Part shown: in pieces, positions 47,101 through 55,057 of the stretch
How the letters are laid out: every line of letters begins with the position of its first letter
How positions within the stretch are numbered: position 1 is the first letter of the stretch
Source of the DNA: Chloropicon primus
Taxonomy: Eukaryota
Reading direction: 5' to 3'
DNA: 64,000 bases
NCBI GenBank assembly: GCA_023205875.1
Contig: CP060769.1
Location: 186,001-250,000 of the forward strand
Position numbers and translations under genes: made by a program
Notes under the pieces: model-generated
Database searches by the model: none
What the model was told of the DNA's origin: nothing
Seen by the model: only the letters and a program-made list of their open reading frames with translations

Positions 47101-50100
47101 CCTCAACGGTCTCACTCACAAGACTGAGACTTTTCTCCCACTGAGTGATCTGCTTCTCGAAGACCAGGAAGAACTTGCTGGCCTTCATCGTAGAAAGGGT
47201 AACCGTGTTGTCCTCCAAGGCCGTGAAGAGGTCCTCCGTGCTGCGCAGCTTGAAGATGCCCGCCTTCTCGTCCTTGTAGGGCACCATGTCGAGGTCCAGG
47301 GTCTTCCAGGTCTCCTCAATCTGCTCAAGGGACTGCTCGATAGCGAGCTCCTTGCTGGCGTTTCCGGACATGTCCCTGATGGCGTCCGCGTGCTGCTCGA
47401 GCTGCATACGGATGACGCTCGCCAGGGTGAATTCCGAGCCATGCGGATCGAACTGCTCTCCAACGGTGTCCATGAGCTGTCCCCAATGCCTCTCTCTCAT
47501 GGCAGGGTTCCTCAAATCCACGATGAGTGGCATGGTCCTCTTGAAGGCATCCACGGTCTCCTTAATGTGCTTCCATATCGACCAGCTCTTGATCTCTCTG
47601 CCGATCTTGACGATGCGCTTGTTGATCCGGATGGCTTCCTCTTCCATGTTGTCCACGTCAAGATCACGGAACATTCCATCCTTCCAGGTATTGTACATGC
47701 CGTTCCAGTCCTTGACAATTCCCCAAATCGTTGTCAAGAGATCAAGATCCTTCTCGTTCTTGTTGAGCTCGCTAAACTGTGGCTGCTGCATGCCGAAAAT
47801 ATCCAGGCCTTGCTTGAGCTCGGCAATGGTCTTCCTCGAGTCCGCAACTTTCTGCTTGCTCTCTTCGATGTAAGTGAACGCCTTCTCCACCGACTCCTCC
47901 CCTGCGTACTCGAAGGGCGCGGCCTCGACGAACACCTCTCTGTCGTCAGTAACCTCCTTTGCAAAGTTCTCCACCATCTTGGAGAGCTTCTCTCTGAAGT
48001 TCTCCTTGGCGTTCTCGAGCTCGACCGCGGTCTCATCCAAGTCCTTCTCGAACTGGTTCCAGGCTATTGGGAGGAGCTCCTTCATCTGCACTTCCTCTGA
48101 GGTGACCGTAACCTCGAATCCTTCCAGGGACTCGTACTTCTCCAGAATCGGCGCGAAGCTGCTCTGGATCTTGCTCTTCTCGCTGAGAAGCTTCTTTTGC
48201 AGGTTAACAGTCTCCGCCAACATGTCCAGACTTAGGACCGGCTTCTTCAGGATCTCCGTGTTCGTCTTGAAGTACTCGTGCACGGACTCCAGCTCTTGCC
48301 TCGCGATGTCGTTCAGGAGCTCGGTCAGCTTGGTGACCCAAGTCTCGCAGTGGTGCACAAGGGTCTGCTTCAGGGGCGTGCAATCGATCCTCAGCGAAGC
48401 CATGTTGCTCGTGCTGTCCTCGGACAGCACCTGCTCCTGCAACTCCTTGTACTTGTTGATTTCAGCCTCAAAAACAGAGAGCGGGTGGTTCGCCTTGCGA
48501 TAACCCGCAATGAAGGCGTCCTTGTCCACGTCCCAGATGTGAGAATACTTCTTCTCCCAGTACTTGAGGAACTGCTGGACCTGGCCCGCAAGCGAGGTGA
48601 CCCCGTTTGCGATCAAGGACACCGTCTTGAGCGTCGTGTCCTCGTCGTTCGAGATCAGGTCGAAGAAAGAGACCATGTCCTCGACCGTCCTGTCCTTGTA
48701 GAGGCGAGGCATGTTCTTCACCGTGGAGATCAGCTCGTTCGACACGTTGAGCACCATGTTGTACAGGTCCTGCAAAGATGGCTTCAATTCCACGAGATCG
48801 TTCTTTCCGAGAATCAAGTTTGTTCCGAACATTGGGATGACCTCCGTCTTCGCATCGCCGTTCAGGGACCTCGAGAGATCCTGCAGGGACCTCTTGACGG
48901 TGAGGCGGAGGGAATCTTCCATCCTCTTGTCGATCTTTTGCGTGTACTGCACCCACTTCTCCTTCACGTTGTCGGAGTCGTTGGCAAAGATCTCAAAAGT
49001 CGAGGTCATCGTGTCACTAATGTCCTTGAAGGCCTTGTCGAACGAGTCCTTGACCCACTTCCTGTGGGCAACCTGCCTCTCCGTGAAGTCCTCGTTCTCG
49101 TACACCCTCTTCTTCTCTATGGAGATGAGGGTCATCCTGCTCGTCACCCTGCAGTAGGACTCGATCCTGCGGTGCGAGCTCTTGAAGTAGTCCACGGTCG
49201 ACATGACCTCTTTGCAGAACTTCCTCGCTTCCTTGATGAAGTAGTCCAGTTGGTTCGCCGCGCTCACCCACAGCAGCTTGTTGATTCCCGGGCTCACCTT
49301 CCTGTCGAGGTAGTGGATCCTATCCGCGAACAGGAGCCTCTCCTCCGTGTCCAAGGAGGTGAGGATGGCGTTGTAGTCCTTCACGACCAGGAGGACGTGC
49401 TCCTGCAAGATCCTGAACCTCTCTCTCTGGGACTGAATTTCCATGGCAATGTACGGGATTTCCAACCGCAGCCTCTCCCAGTACTGCACCTCGTGGAACA
49501 GACTCAGCAGAACCTTGTCAAAGTTCACTGTCAGCAAGCCAGACTCGTCCGACTCCTGGACGATGAGGTTGGCCTCGAGCTTCAAGCTGATCGTCGTGTC
49601 AATGCTGTTGAACCACTCGAGGTGCTGGTTCTTCATGTACTGCTCCATGGAGGACGTCGTTAGCGTGTACGATTGATGCAGCTCCTTGAACTCGGGCACT
49701 TGAGGCAAGTAGTCCTTGACCTTCATCAAAAGGTTCATGGGCCTTCCAAGCCTCTGGGACAGGGAGAGGGACCACATGGCCGCTCCCGCGTACTTTGGCA
49801 AGTGCGGGCTCGTTGGCGGCTTCTTCCTCGTCTGATCGAAGTGCTTCTTCACGACGTTCAGCTCCTGCAAGAATGCGCTGAAGGACTCGGCGGTCTTTTT
49901 CTCCACGCAGCGCTTGATGGACTCGCGCTTCGCGATCGACTGGAACGCCAGGAGCAGCTCGATCCGTCCCACCAGGGTGGACACACTCTCGAACGCCATC
50001 ACGATGACGTTGGTAAGCATCACTTCGAGGTCCTTCACGCCGCTCTTGAAGATGTTGTAGTCGTCGTGCCAGCTCGTGGCCTTCACGTCCAAGATGTTGT

Positions 50101-51523
50101 ACTTCAAGGACTTGAGACTCGCGACCAGCTTTTGGAAGGACAGCTGGATGTCTTGCAGACTTTTGGTGACCTCGGGCCCGTGGGTCCCCCCAAAGGACGG
50201 CAAGTCTGTCTTCGGCGCGAACTGCAGCTGGGCCTCGCACACCTCGAGCATATCACGGCACCTCTGGACGAAGGCGTCGGTGTGGGCGAAGATCGAACTC
50301 ACGTCGAAGTCCCACGGCTTCGCTTTGCTCTTGCTCACCGCTTTGGCCGTCTTGAGGTAAGCCTGCTTCCACTCCTCTCCGGCCTTGATACTCTCTTGCA
50401 GGAGGACCATGCACTTCTCGACGTCGCCCTCAAAGATCTCGGCCAAGGAGATCTTCGCGCAGCACCTTTGGATGATCTCGTTACTCACTTTCCTCAGCAA
50501 TCCTGTGAGCCTCTCGGGCGTGTTGTAGAACCTGCTGATGTTCCAAATCATCCGGATGCAATGCAAGAGCTTGGGCAGCAGGTGCGGAATCTCCTTTGGG
50601 GACGCCTTCGCGAGCAGCTGGCAGGGCTTCTCGAGGGACAGGAGGAACTTCAAGTTGTCCTCCGCGGCCATGGTCTGCCTCTGAATGTTGTTCGACAGGC
50701 TGAGGAAGGGCGCGAGGTAGGATGACTTGCTCGCCTCAAGGACCTTGACGATGTCCTTCACCTTCTCGTACTCGAGCTGCTCCCTGATTCCTCCGAGATC
50801 CACGCTCCTGGACCTCCAGAACTCGATCTCGGCCAGGGGGCCAGCATCCTCCCCCAGCTCGGAGTTGTCCTGGTTGTTCACCACCTCCTTCACTTGCCTC
50901 GTCCAGTGGATGAGGATGGACTCGAGCCTCTGGATCAGGTCCTTGTCCTTCTTCTTCCCCGTCGTCTCCTGCGGGATGTAGAGCACGGTCTTGCCCTTCC
51001 TCTCGTAAGTCACCTCCGTCAGGCTCGCCATGAACTTGTGCAGCTGACCGGTGAACTGCTTCTTCACCGTGTCCGGCCAGGACTCCTCCTTGAGCATCGA
51101 GGGCAAGTACACGTTCGACATGATCCCGTAGATGGACTCCACGAGGTTGGACTGCAGGATTCCGAACTGCACGCTCTCTCCCAAGTTGTCTGGCGTCAAG
51201 AACTTTGCAGGATCCCTGATGAAGTACAAGAGCTTCTTCGTGTTCGTGGACGGCGTCGAGCTCACCGCCAAGGCGTCGCTCTTTCCAGCGTCCAGGTAAG
51301 CGAACAACCTCGGGGACTTGATGTCCGTGAAGAAGCTGTTCACCGCACTCGAGTGCTCCTCCGTCCAGGACTCCGCCAACCACTCGTCACTCCCCCCCTC
51401 TGACTTATTCAGAGGGCAAATGAGTTTTATCTTGGCCTTTATCCAGGTACCCTCCATGCTGTACTGCCCGTCCGTGGCCGAGGCCTCTCCTCCACCGTTC
51501 ACTCCCTCGATGGAAGGTGTCAT
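38123..51523 (-). CDS. Axonemal inner-arm dynein heavy chain (I1/f beta, DNAH2-like), 4466 aa, intronless
   Basis: Single ORF with DHC_N1 and N2 regions, P-loops GPAGTGKT, GKTGAGKS, GHVGVGKT and GVGGSGRK, stalk, and C-terminal HWVKRGTAVLLSLAT. The subtype is from recalled similarity. Confidence 0.97.
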   Translation of the reverse strand: MTPSIEGVNGGGEASATDGQYSMEGTWIKAKIKLICPLNKSEGGSDEWLAESWTEEHSSAVNSFFTDIKSPRLFAYLDAGKSDALAVSSTPSTNTKKLLYFIRDPAKFLTPDNLGESVQFGILQSNLVESIYGIMSNVYLPSMLKEESWPDTVKKQFTGQLHKFMASLTEVTYERKGKTVLYIPQETTGKKKDKDLIQRLESILIHWTRQVKEVVNNQDNSELGEDAGPLAEIEFWRSRSVDLGGIREQLEYEKVKDIVKVLEASKSSYLAPFLSLSNNIQRQTMAAEDNLKFLLSLEKPCQLLAKASPKEIPHLLPKLLHCIRMIWNISRFYNTPERLTGLLRKVSNEIIQRCCAKISLAEIFEGDVEKCMVLLQESIKAGEEWKQAYLKTAKAVSKSKAKPWDFDVSSIFAHTDAFVQRCRDMLEVCEAQLQFAPKTDLPSFGGTHGPEVTKSLQDIQLSFQKLVASLKSLKYNILDVKATSWHDDYNIFKSGVKDLEVMLTNVIVMAFESVSTLVGRIELLLAFQSIAKRESIKRCVEKKTAESFSAFLQELNVVKKHFDQTRKKPPTSPHLPKYAGAAMWSLSLSQRLGRPMNLLMKVKDYLPQVPEFKELHQSYTLTTSSMEQYMKNQHLEWFNSIDTTISLKLEANLIVQESDESGLLTVNFDKVLLSLFHEVQYWERLRLEIPYIAMEIQSQRERFRILQEHVLLVVKDYNAILTSLDTEERLLFADRIHYLDRKVSPGINKLLWVSAANQLDYFIKEARKFCKEVMSTVDYFKSSHRRIESYCRVTSRMTLISIEKKRVYENEDFTERQVAHRKWVKDSFDKAFKDISDTMTSTFEIFANDSDNVKEKWVQYTQKIDKRMEDSLRLTVKRSLQDLSRSLNGDAKTEVIPMFGTNLILGKNDLVELKPSLQDLYNMVLNVSNELISTVKNMPRLYKDRTVEDMVSFFDLISNDEDTTLKTVSLIANGVTSLAGQVQQFLKYWEKKYSHIWDVDKDAFIAGYRKANHPLSVFEAEINKYKELQEQVLSEDSTSNMASLRIDCTPLKQTLVHHCETWVTKLTELLNDIARQELESVHEYFKTNTEILKKPVLSLDMLAETVNLQKKLLSEKSKIQSSFAPILEKYESLEGFEVTVTSEEVQMKELLPIAWNQFEKDLDETAVELENAKENFREKLSKMVENFAKEVTDDREVFVEAAPFEYAGEESVEKAFTYIEESKQKVADSRKTIAELKQGLDIFGMQQPQFSELNKNEKDLDLLTTIWGIVKDWNGMYNTWKDGMFRDLDVDNMEEEAIRINKRIVKIGREIKSWSIWKHIKETVDAFKRTMPLIVDLRNPAMRERHWGQLMDTVGEQFDPHGSEFTLASVIRMQLEQHADAIRDMSGNASKELAIEQSLEQIEETWKTLDLDMVPYKDEKAGIFKLRSTEDLFTALEDNTVTLSTMKASKFFLVFEKQITQWEKSLSLVSETVEVILQVQRNWMYLENIFIGSDSIHRELPQESAMFEAVHYNFIAKMKEIHEINNVLKAALAPGMLDNFMDMDAKLEKIQKSLDNYLESKRQQFPRFYFLSSDDLLEILGQAKDPLNVQPHLKKCFEGIAKLDMKTPDSTHRFYEAHGIHAKDKEYLPFISPIVTQGRPEDWLNDIEAGMFATTKKNLLKTLEESKGMKKEKWVKEYHGQMLITAGQIIWTAECEKALGDSEGFGGGGKAALKLLKKKWVSYLNKLTFVTRSRLNKIERNKVVSLITIEVHARDVIEKLAKLGCQGSSDFNWVSQLRFYWDREQNDCVVKQVLSVFTYGYEYQGNNGRLVITPLTDRCYMTLGAAMFTRRGGNPLGPAGTGKTETVKDFGKALARYVIVFNCSDGVDYKMTGKMFSGLAQTGAWACLDEFNRIEVEVLSVVATQISLVMQAIKERKTRFNFLGTEIRLIPTCGIFVTMNPGYAGRSELPDNLKAIVRPVSMMVPDFALIAEIMMYSEGFNSAKNLAKKMIAIMELSQQQLSKQDHYDYGLRSFVIPIARAAGALKRADPDVPEEVIMYRTMIDLIKPKLVYLDLPLFMALLSDLFPGVELPQNDGGALRETIVNELKSHNLQPVPEFITKIIQIYDCKVARHGNMIVGKTGAGKSEAWKCLQRTLGKLHAQFPNEEQYAKVHVHTINPLSLSNDEMYGCFDAATHEWQDGILARLMRNVCKDEALDQKWILFDGPVDTLWIESMNTLLDDNKLLTLLSGERISMVQQVSVLFEVEDLSQASPATVSRAGMIYLNVEDLSWRPFVKSWLRTKNDDSQQQHLVEPLKKLTERYIDKILDFKRRQCKEVVAVDPLSGVRSLTILFDSLYKENHGNVNKETMPQMIDMWFLFSLTWSLGGSLGTEDRKKFDSLLREMDALFPPTDTVYEYTIDYKKFAWMPWEEKLPAQTYRPPADTPFFKILVPTIDTLRTQMVSKVYVKESKHLLLVGHVGVGKTMVASSVLDTIGEQQSCMFVNFSAQTSSNSLQDTIEGRLEKRTKGVFAPAGGKHLITFIDDLNMPQKSKFGFIPPLELLKLWVDNGFWYDRIKCEIKYVKDMQLMAAMAPPGGGRNAFSQRILACFNVVNMTPPSESQLKRIYSTFLTNKLMDFDDEIKPMADSLTQASIRIYASICKDLLPTPSKCHYLFNTRDLAKVVQGVMQATKQYYDNPESMIQLWVHETFRIYGDRMWDPADKEWLKAKVDDCLSGLFGTSWGGLFEAGVCPPFVNFMQTIDNPPYEAVTDEGALKSFLVEKLEDYALEPGKSAMDLVLFKDALHHVCKIHRILQQPRGNALLVGVGGSGRKSLAKLASYVAELKCFQIEISKNYRLFEFREDVKNLYRLAGCSNKPTVFLFDETQIVSEVFLEDINNILTSGEVPNLFPKDEITGVLDAVRPDAKKVGMGDTQDQLYAFFQDRVRNNLHIVLCLSPVGESFRERVRMFPGLVNCTTIDWFVEWPRDALYEVATKQLEEENLGSDEVKEAICQVFVTVHSSTSSTSAQMLQQLKRHNYVTPTNYLEFVSGYSTLLNEKRTEIGDKANKLKGGLQKLDETAVQVTEMQVLCQEKKVVVAQAKRDCEELLVEIVQDKRTADEQEKQVNAEAQKIAGEAEEANKIAEECQAGLDKALPALRAAEEALNVLTKKDMSELKAYSKPPALVEVTLNAVLTTLKRPTNWDEAKKQLGDTNFLQKLIDFDKDKLDSTLLKKIGKYTTNKDFTPDNVGRVSLAAKGLCLWVYAMEVYGHVAKEIAPKRAKLKSAQDQLAKKQAQLAKAQDALAEVLAKVQALRDKYEESTASKEALQKESDELEIKLERAEKLVTGLAGEKSRWESSITEYEQQLEYIPGDVVLASAFLSYAGPFPSEYRDILVQETWYKQVKELNIPSSPNFNFALFLANPSDVRDWNIQGLPSDSFSTENGVLVTRGNRWPLMIDPQGQAKKWIKNMEGPRGCKLLSQNMGDMMMRTMESALQFGNPVLLQDILEEIDPALEPVLAKSFIKKGNSIIIKLGEKEIDYNPEFKLYITTKLSNPHYTPEISTKSTIVNFAVKEQGLEAQLLNIVVQKERPDLDKQKNDLIVKVAHGKRTQSELEDKILYMLSTAEGSLLDNVELINTLDDSKTTWEEVSESLKIAEVTSKEIFQASQEYRPCSIRAAILYFVLYDLSLIDPMYQFSLEAYTTLFVSSIAKSTKSENLSERIKHLNDYHTYAVYRYTSRGLFEKHKMLLSLQICVRILQKSNQINNDEWQFFLKGGQVLDRAEQVENPAPTWISEEAWDNITELENLQSFKDIVSSFQQNPMIWEEWYRNSELEVCELPGEWESKCSELQKMILIRSLRPDRVIFAATTFVANSLGRKFVEPPVLDLQDVYDESDNKNPLIFVLSPGVDPTENLRRLAAENNLGEKFFSVALGQGQAPVATKLIEDGLVEGFWVFLANCHLMTSWLPKLDKMIEDFEKKDVHENFRLWLSSSPNPYFPIAILQRGLKMTTEPPKGLRANLYRLYNNITEESFGECKTADKYCKLLFTLCYFHAVLLERRKFRTLGLNIAYDFNDTDFKVSDDLLKTYLDEYVETPWDALKYLIAEANYGGRVTDELDRRVLHAYLNQFYCEDVLAVPNYQLSTLATYYVPENGSLQSYRDYISTLPQVDHPEALGQHPNADISYMIEDTRILLESMLMIQPRAASSGVTKREDLVDSIASDILQQLPQPWLLEDVMKAKADDPSPLHVVLFQEVERYNVLINNVRLSCQQLRMGIKGLVVMSADLDEVFESLYGARVPPAWLKSYPSLKSLGPWTRDLMNRLAEFDNWIENDYPKVFWLSSFTYPTSFLTAVLQTTARKNSVPIDTLSFEFTIVNMEEKEVQQGPKEGVYIKGAFLEGAGWDFENGCLVEPEPMELIVPMPIIHFKPIENKKKVPKGVYLCPMYLYPVRTGTRERPSFVINVELKSGSNGSEHWVKRGTAVLLSLAT

Positions 51524-52282
51524 CGTGCCTCAAGCGTCACACAAGACACAAGAAAAACAAAAACAAAACAGACAGGAGCTCTTGCCCCTCGTCAACCTAC
51601 CCAAATTCTAATTTCTTTTTTTCTTCTTCTCCAGCGAGCGGAGTCTTTCAAAACCTAACGCGGCTCCAAAGACGCCCAACGACGAGCGCCGTAAGGGGCG
51701 GACAAAAACGTGTAGAGGTCTCGTCGTTTGCCAAGGCAAGGAAGAAGAGAGAGAGGATGGATTAACTGCTCCCTTCACGCCAATGCTCTCAAGGCCATCC
51801 CGGCAAGGCTCTCCTCCTCCGCCTCTGCGATCCGCTCCCCTTCCCCTTCCTCGCGCGCCTTCTGACTTTTGGATTTTGGAAAAAAAAGGAAAGAATCGTA
51901 TTTCCTTAATCAAAGACCAAGACAAACCTTTTGACCACAACACGTTCTAAACATGACGTAACATACAGAACGTCTATTGTGGAATAAAAAATGAAACTTT
52001 CATTGTGAAGCGTTCCATTTCAACTGTTATAGAGTCTGAAGAGAATGTCTCTCGTGAAACGTATGTTGACAAAAAAAGTCTCGAAAATATTGTAGTAATG
52101 TCTTTCATGAAAATTAAAAATTCAAAAAAAATCGTTGGAAATTTCCTCCACCCTCAGCCAGAAGAGGAGGCGGTTGTCGGCTGCGGAAGGGGGAAAGTGC
52201 GTGGGCGCGATCTTTGCGCGTCTCGGAAGGACGGATAGGGACTCCAAGTCGAGAGGGGAACCCATTGAGAGGAAAGATCGTC

Positions 52283-52312
52283 TCGATATCTTTCCGTAGA
52301 CCCCTCGTTTGC
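52283..52312 (-). promoter_or_regulatory. Dispersed 30-bp intergenic element, diverged copy G
   Basis: TCGATATCTTTCCGTAGACCCCTCGTTTGC on + (20/30 to copy A). Confidence 0.35.
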
Positions 52313-52572
52313 TCGGTTTCTCGAACGAGGGAGCACGCACCTGGCTGCTGAGTCCTTTTGACGAGGATCCTGCTGTGTGGATAGGACAGGACTCGAGTGA
52401 CGAGGTTCTTAGAGGAGGGCGGCGACGAGAGCAAGAGCAACATATATATCCCTCCTTCCCTCTCCCCCCCCCTCTCTCTCTCTGTGTTGCGACGGGACAG
52501 AGAATCGTTTTATTATTGATAGCTTCCTGACTCCTCCATCTCCATCTCAGTGACAAGGGAGAGAGAGAGAAG

Positions 52573-54972
52573 ATGGCGGGTGTGGAGGAGGTGTGCCTGA
52601 TATGCGCGGAGCCGCTGGATTTGGTTAGCGTGCTGCCATGCGGTCACTCGGACGTGTGCGCACTGTGCACGACTCGGCTGCGGGTGATCATGGAGGACAA
52701 GAAGTGCTGCGCGTGCCAGAAGGAGTCGGACAAGGTGCTGATAACGAGGAACCAGGGAAACTTCACGTCAAAGTTTCCATTCGACGTCGAGATGAGGATC
52801 AAGCAGAAGACGCTCTTTCCCCTGGAGGCGTGCTGCCAGATCTGCTACGACGACGAGGACTGCAGGGACGACATGGATGTGAAGTGCGCGCTGACTTGCT
52901 CCGTGTGCTACGGCAAGGGGGTGAAACTGCAGTTCAAGACGATGAAGGCTCTCAAGGCGCACTTGAAGGGGAGCCACGGGCTGTTCATGTGCGACGTTTG
53001 CCTCGGGGGGAGGCAGGTTTTCGTGAACGAGCAGGTCCTTTACACGCGGTCCGAGCTGACCAGGCACTACAAGAGGGGGGACGCGGCCGGCGTGATGGCG
53101 GATGCCGGGTTCAAGGGTCACCCGACGTGTCAGTTCTGCAAGAAGCACTTCTACTCGGACCAGGAGCTTTACAGCCACATGCAAACGCAGCACATGCAGT
53201 GCTTCTTGTGCAAGAAGGCGAGGCCGAACGACTACGTGTACTACAAGAACCTCAAGGAATTGACGGACCACTTTGTCAGTAACCACCACTTTTGCACCCA
53301 CGAGGACTGCAAGGACAAGCATCCGGAGGAGAGGGTCTTCAACACCAAGGAGGAGTTCCACGTGCATTACGTTCAGAACCACGGGGAGTCTCTGTCCAAG
53401 GCTCAGAAAAAGCAAGCGTTGCAGATAAACTTTGATTATCCCAGCAGGAGGGAAGAGGCCCCGCAGCGGCGAGGGCGCGACAGCAGCAGCAGCAGCAGCA
53501 GAAACAACAGCAGCAGGGCAGGGAGGGAAGAACCGAGCTACCACCAGCCCTCATACCCTTCCCTCTCCCAAGCGAGCAGGGCGCAGCAGAGGCAAGAGGA
53601 CTTTCCGAGGATGCAGGAGTCCGCCGCCGACGTGTTTGCTGGGATGGACTCCCACGAAACGCACTGGAGGAGAGCAGCCGGGGGGAGTCACGGTAGCGTG
53701 GGCTCCGGAGGGGGTATCCACAGGGGGGAGCACCAGCTGACCCAGGAGGACTACCCAGCCCTCCCTGGAATGTCCAAGTCCGCAAAGAAGAGAGCAAAGG
53801 CAAAAGCGAAGGCGCACGCCGCGGTGACTCGCAACCAAAGCCAGTCGAGCAGCTGGGGACAGTCTACCTCCAGCGCACCGTCAGCAGGACCATCAGCACC
53901 ATCATCATCGCCATCACCAGCAGCAGCAGCACCGTCTGCAAGGGTAAGGGCTCTGCAATCCAATCCCAGCCAAGACGAGAAGGACCGGAACCGGCTTCTC
54001 ATGCAGACGCTGAGGAGGGAGCTTGATAGCATCGTGTTCAACGCCTTCAGGCAGGAATCAGCGAATTTTCTCAATGGAGATATGACCCCAGCACGGTACT
54101 ACAAGCACATCAAAGCCCTTGGACTCGTTCACCATGCCCGTGAACTCGCTCAGCTTTGTCCGGACGGGGAGAAAAGGAAGGAGCTGGTGACGCTGATCGA
54201 AGGGGATGCTGCCGTCAGCGAGCCCCCCAAACCGAGGATAGACCAGCGGGAAGAGAACGAGAAATTCGTGAACCTTGCGTCGCTGCTTCGAAAGTCCAAG
54301 CCATCTTCGTCCACCCCAGCAGCAGCTGGGGCGCCCGCGGCAAACGAGGGGAACTTTCCATCTTTGGGTGGTGGGCCCAGCCCTGCTAGCGCGAACTCCT
54401 TCTCGGCCTTGGGTGAGGAAAACAGAGCCGCGCCGCCAACGACGGGAAGGGCCCGACCCGCGCCCGAAAGGAAAGCCAAGAGCGCCCCGCAGAAGGAGGA
54501 GATCAGGGAAAACAAAGTCCTGATGGACCAGCTTCGCAAGCAGCTGAGCCCCAAGGAATTCACTGGCTTCAGAACGGAGAGCATGAATTTCCTGCGGGGA
54601 GTCAGTACGGCAGAGGAGTACTACAACATGATCGTGAGCACGGGACTCACTGATTTTGTTGATAGCCTCGCTGGCTTGTGCCCTGACAGACTCAAAAGGG
54701 ATGCCCTGCTGAGCCAGCACAAAACGGCCCTTCTCGCTGCCATGCAATACGGAGCTCCCGCTGCGGCGGCATCCAACTCGTTCGCAGACGAGGGCGTGCA
54801 GCCGAAGGCCAAGGGGAAGAAGAAAAAGAAGAAGAAGTTCGAGAAGGTGAGGCTCGGGGATGTAAACTGGGATGAGCTAGGAGGCGGCGGCAGCAGCGGA
54901 GGAGGCAGCAGCAGCAGGAGGGTGAATCCGAACAACGACTGGAGCATCGGCGCAGGCAATAGTCTCTTCTGA
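52573..54972 (+). CDS. ZNF598/Hel2-like RING E3 ligase (ribosome quality control)
   Basis: N-terminal RING (CLIC..PCGHSDVCALC..CCAC), C2H2 fingers, FKGHPTCQFC, and DFP/DYPAL/NFPSL motifs in a low-complexity tail. Confidence 0.92.
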   Translation: MAGVEEVCLICAEPLDLVSVLPCGHSDVCALCTTRLRVIMEDKKCCACQKESDKVLITRNQGNFTSKFPFDVEMRIKQKTLFPLEACCQICYDDEDCRDDMDVKCALTCSVCYGKGVKLQFKTMKALKAHLKGSHGLFMCDVCLGGRQVFVNEQVLYTRSELTRHYKRGDAAGVMADAGFKGHPTCQFCKKHFYSDQELYSHMQTQHMQCFLCKKARPNDYVYYKNLKELTDHFVSNHHFCTHEDCKDKHPEERVFNTKEEFHVHYVQNHGESLSKAQKKQALQINFDYPSRREEAPQRRGRDSSSSSSRNNSSRAGREEPSYHQPSYPSLSQASRAQQRQEDFPRMQESAADVFAGMDSHETHWRRAAGGSHGSVGSGGGIHRGEHQLTQEDYPALPGMSKSAKKRAKAKAKAHAAVTRNQSQSSSWGQSTSSAPSAGPSAPSSSPSPAAAAPSARVRALQSNPSQDEKDRNRLLMQTLRRELDSIVFNAFRQESANFLNGDMTPARYYKHIKALGLVHHARELAQLCPDGEKRKELVTLIEGDAAVSEPPKPRIDQREENEKFVNLASLLRKSKPSSSTPAAAGAPAANEGNFPSLGGGPSPASANSFSALGEENRAAPPTTGRARPAPERKAKSAPQKEEIRENKVLMDQLRKQLSPKEFTGFRTESMNFLRGVSTAEEYYNMIVSTGLTDFVDSLAGLCPDRLKRDALLSQHKTALLAAMQYGAPAAAASNSFADEGVQPKAKGKKKKKKKFEKVRLGDVNWDELGGGGSSGGGSSSRRVNPNNDWSIGAGNSLF

Positions 54973-55057
54973 TCTCGCCAGTCTGTTGAGGGAGGAAGGG
55001 TTGCCCGCGAGAAAGATTCATGTGAATAAAGAGAATCACGATTTAACTTACAAGAGC

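Noticed and set aside
38063..48100. Long plus-strand ORFs (770, 1215 and 610 aa) opposite the dynein gene
   Set aside because: Antisense shadow ORFs expected from GC3-rich codon bias; no recognisable domains.
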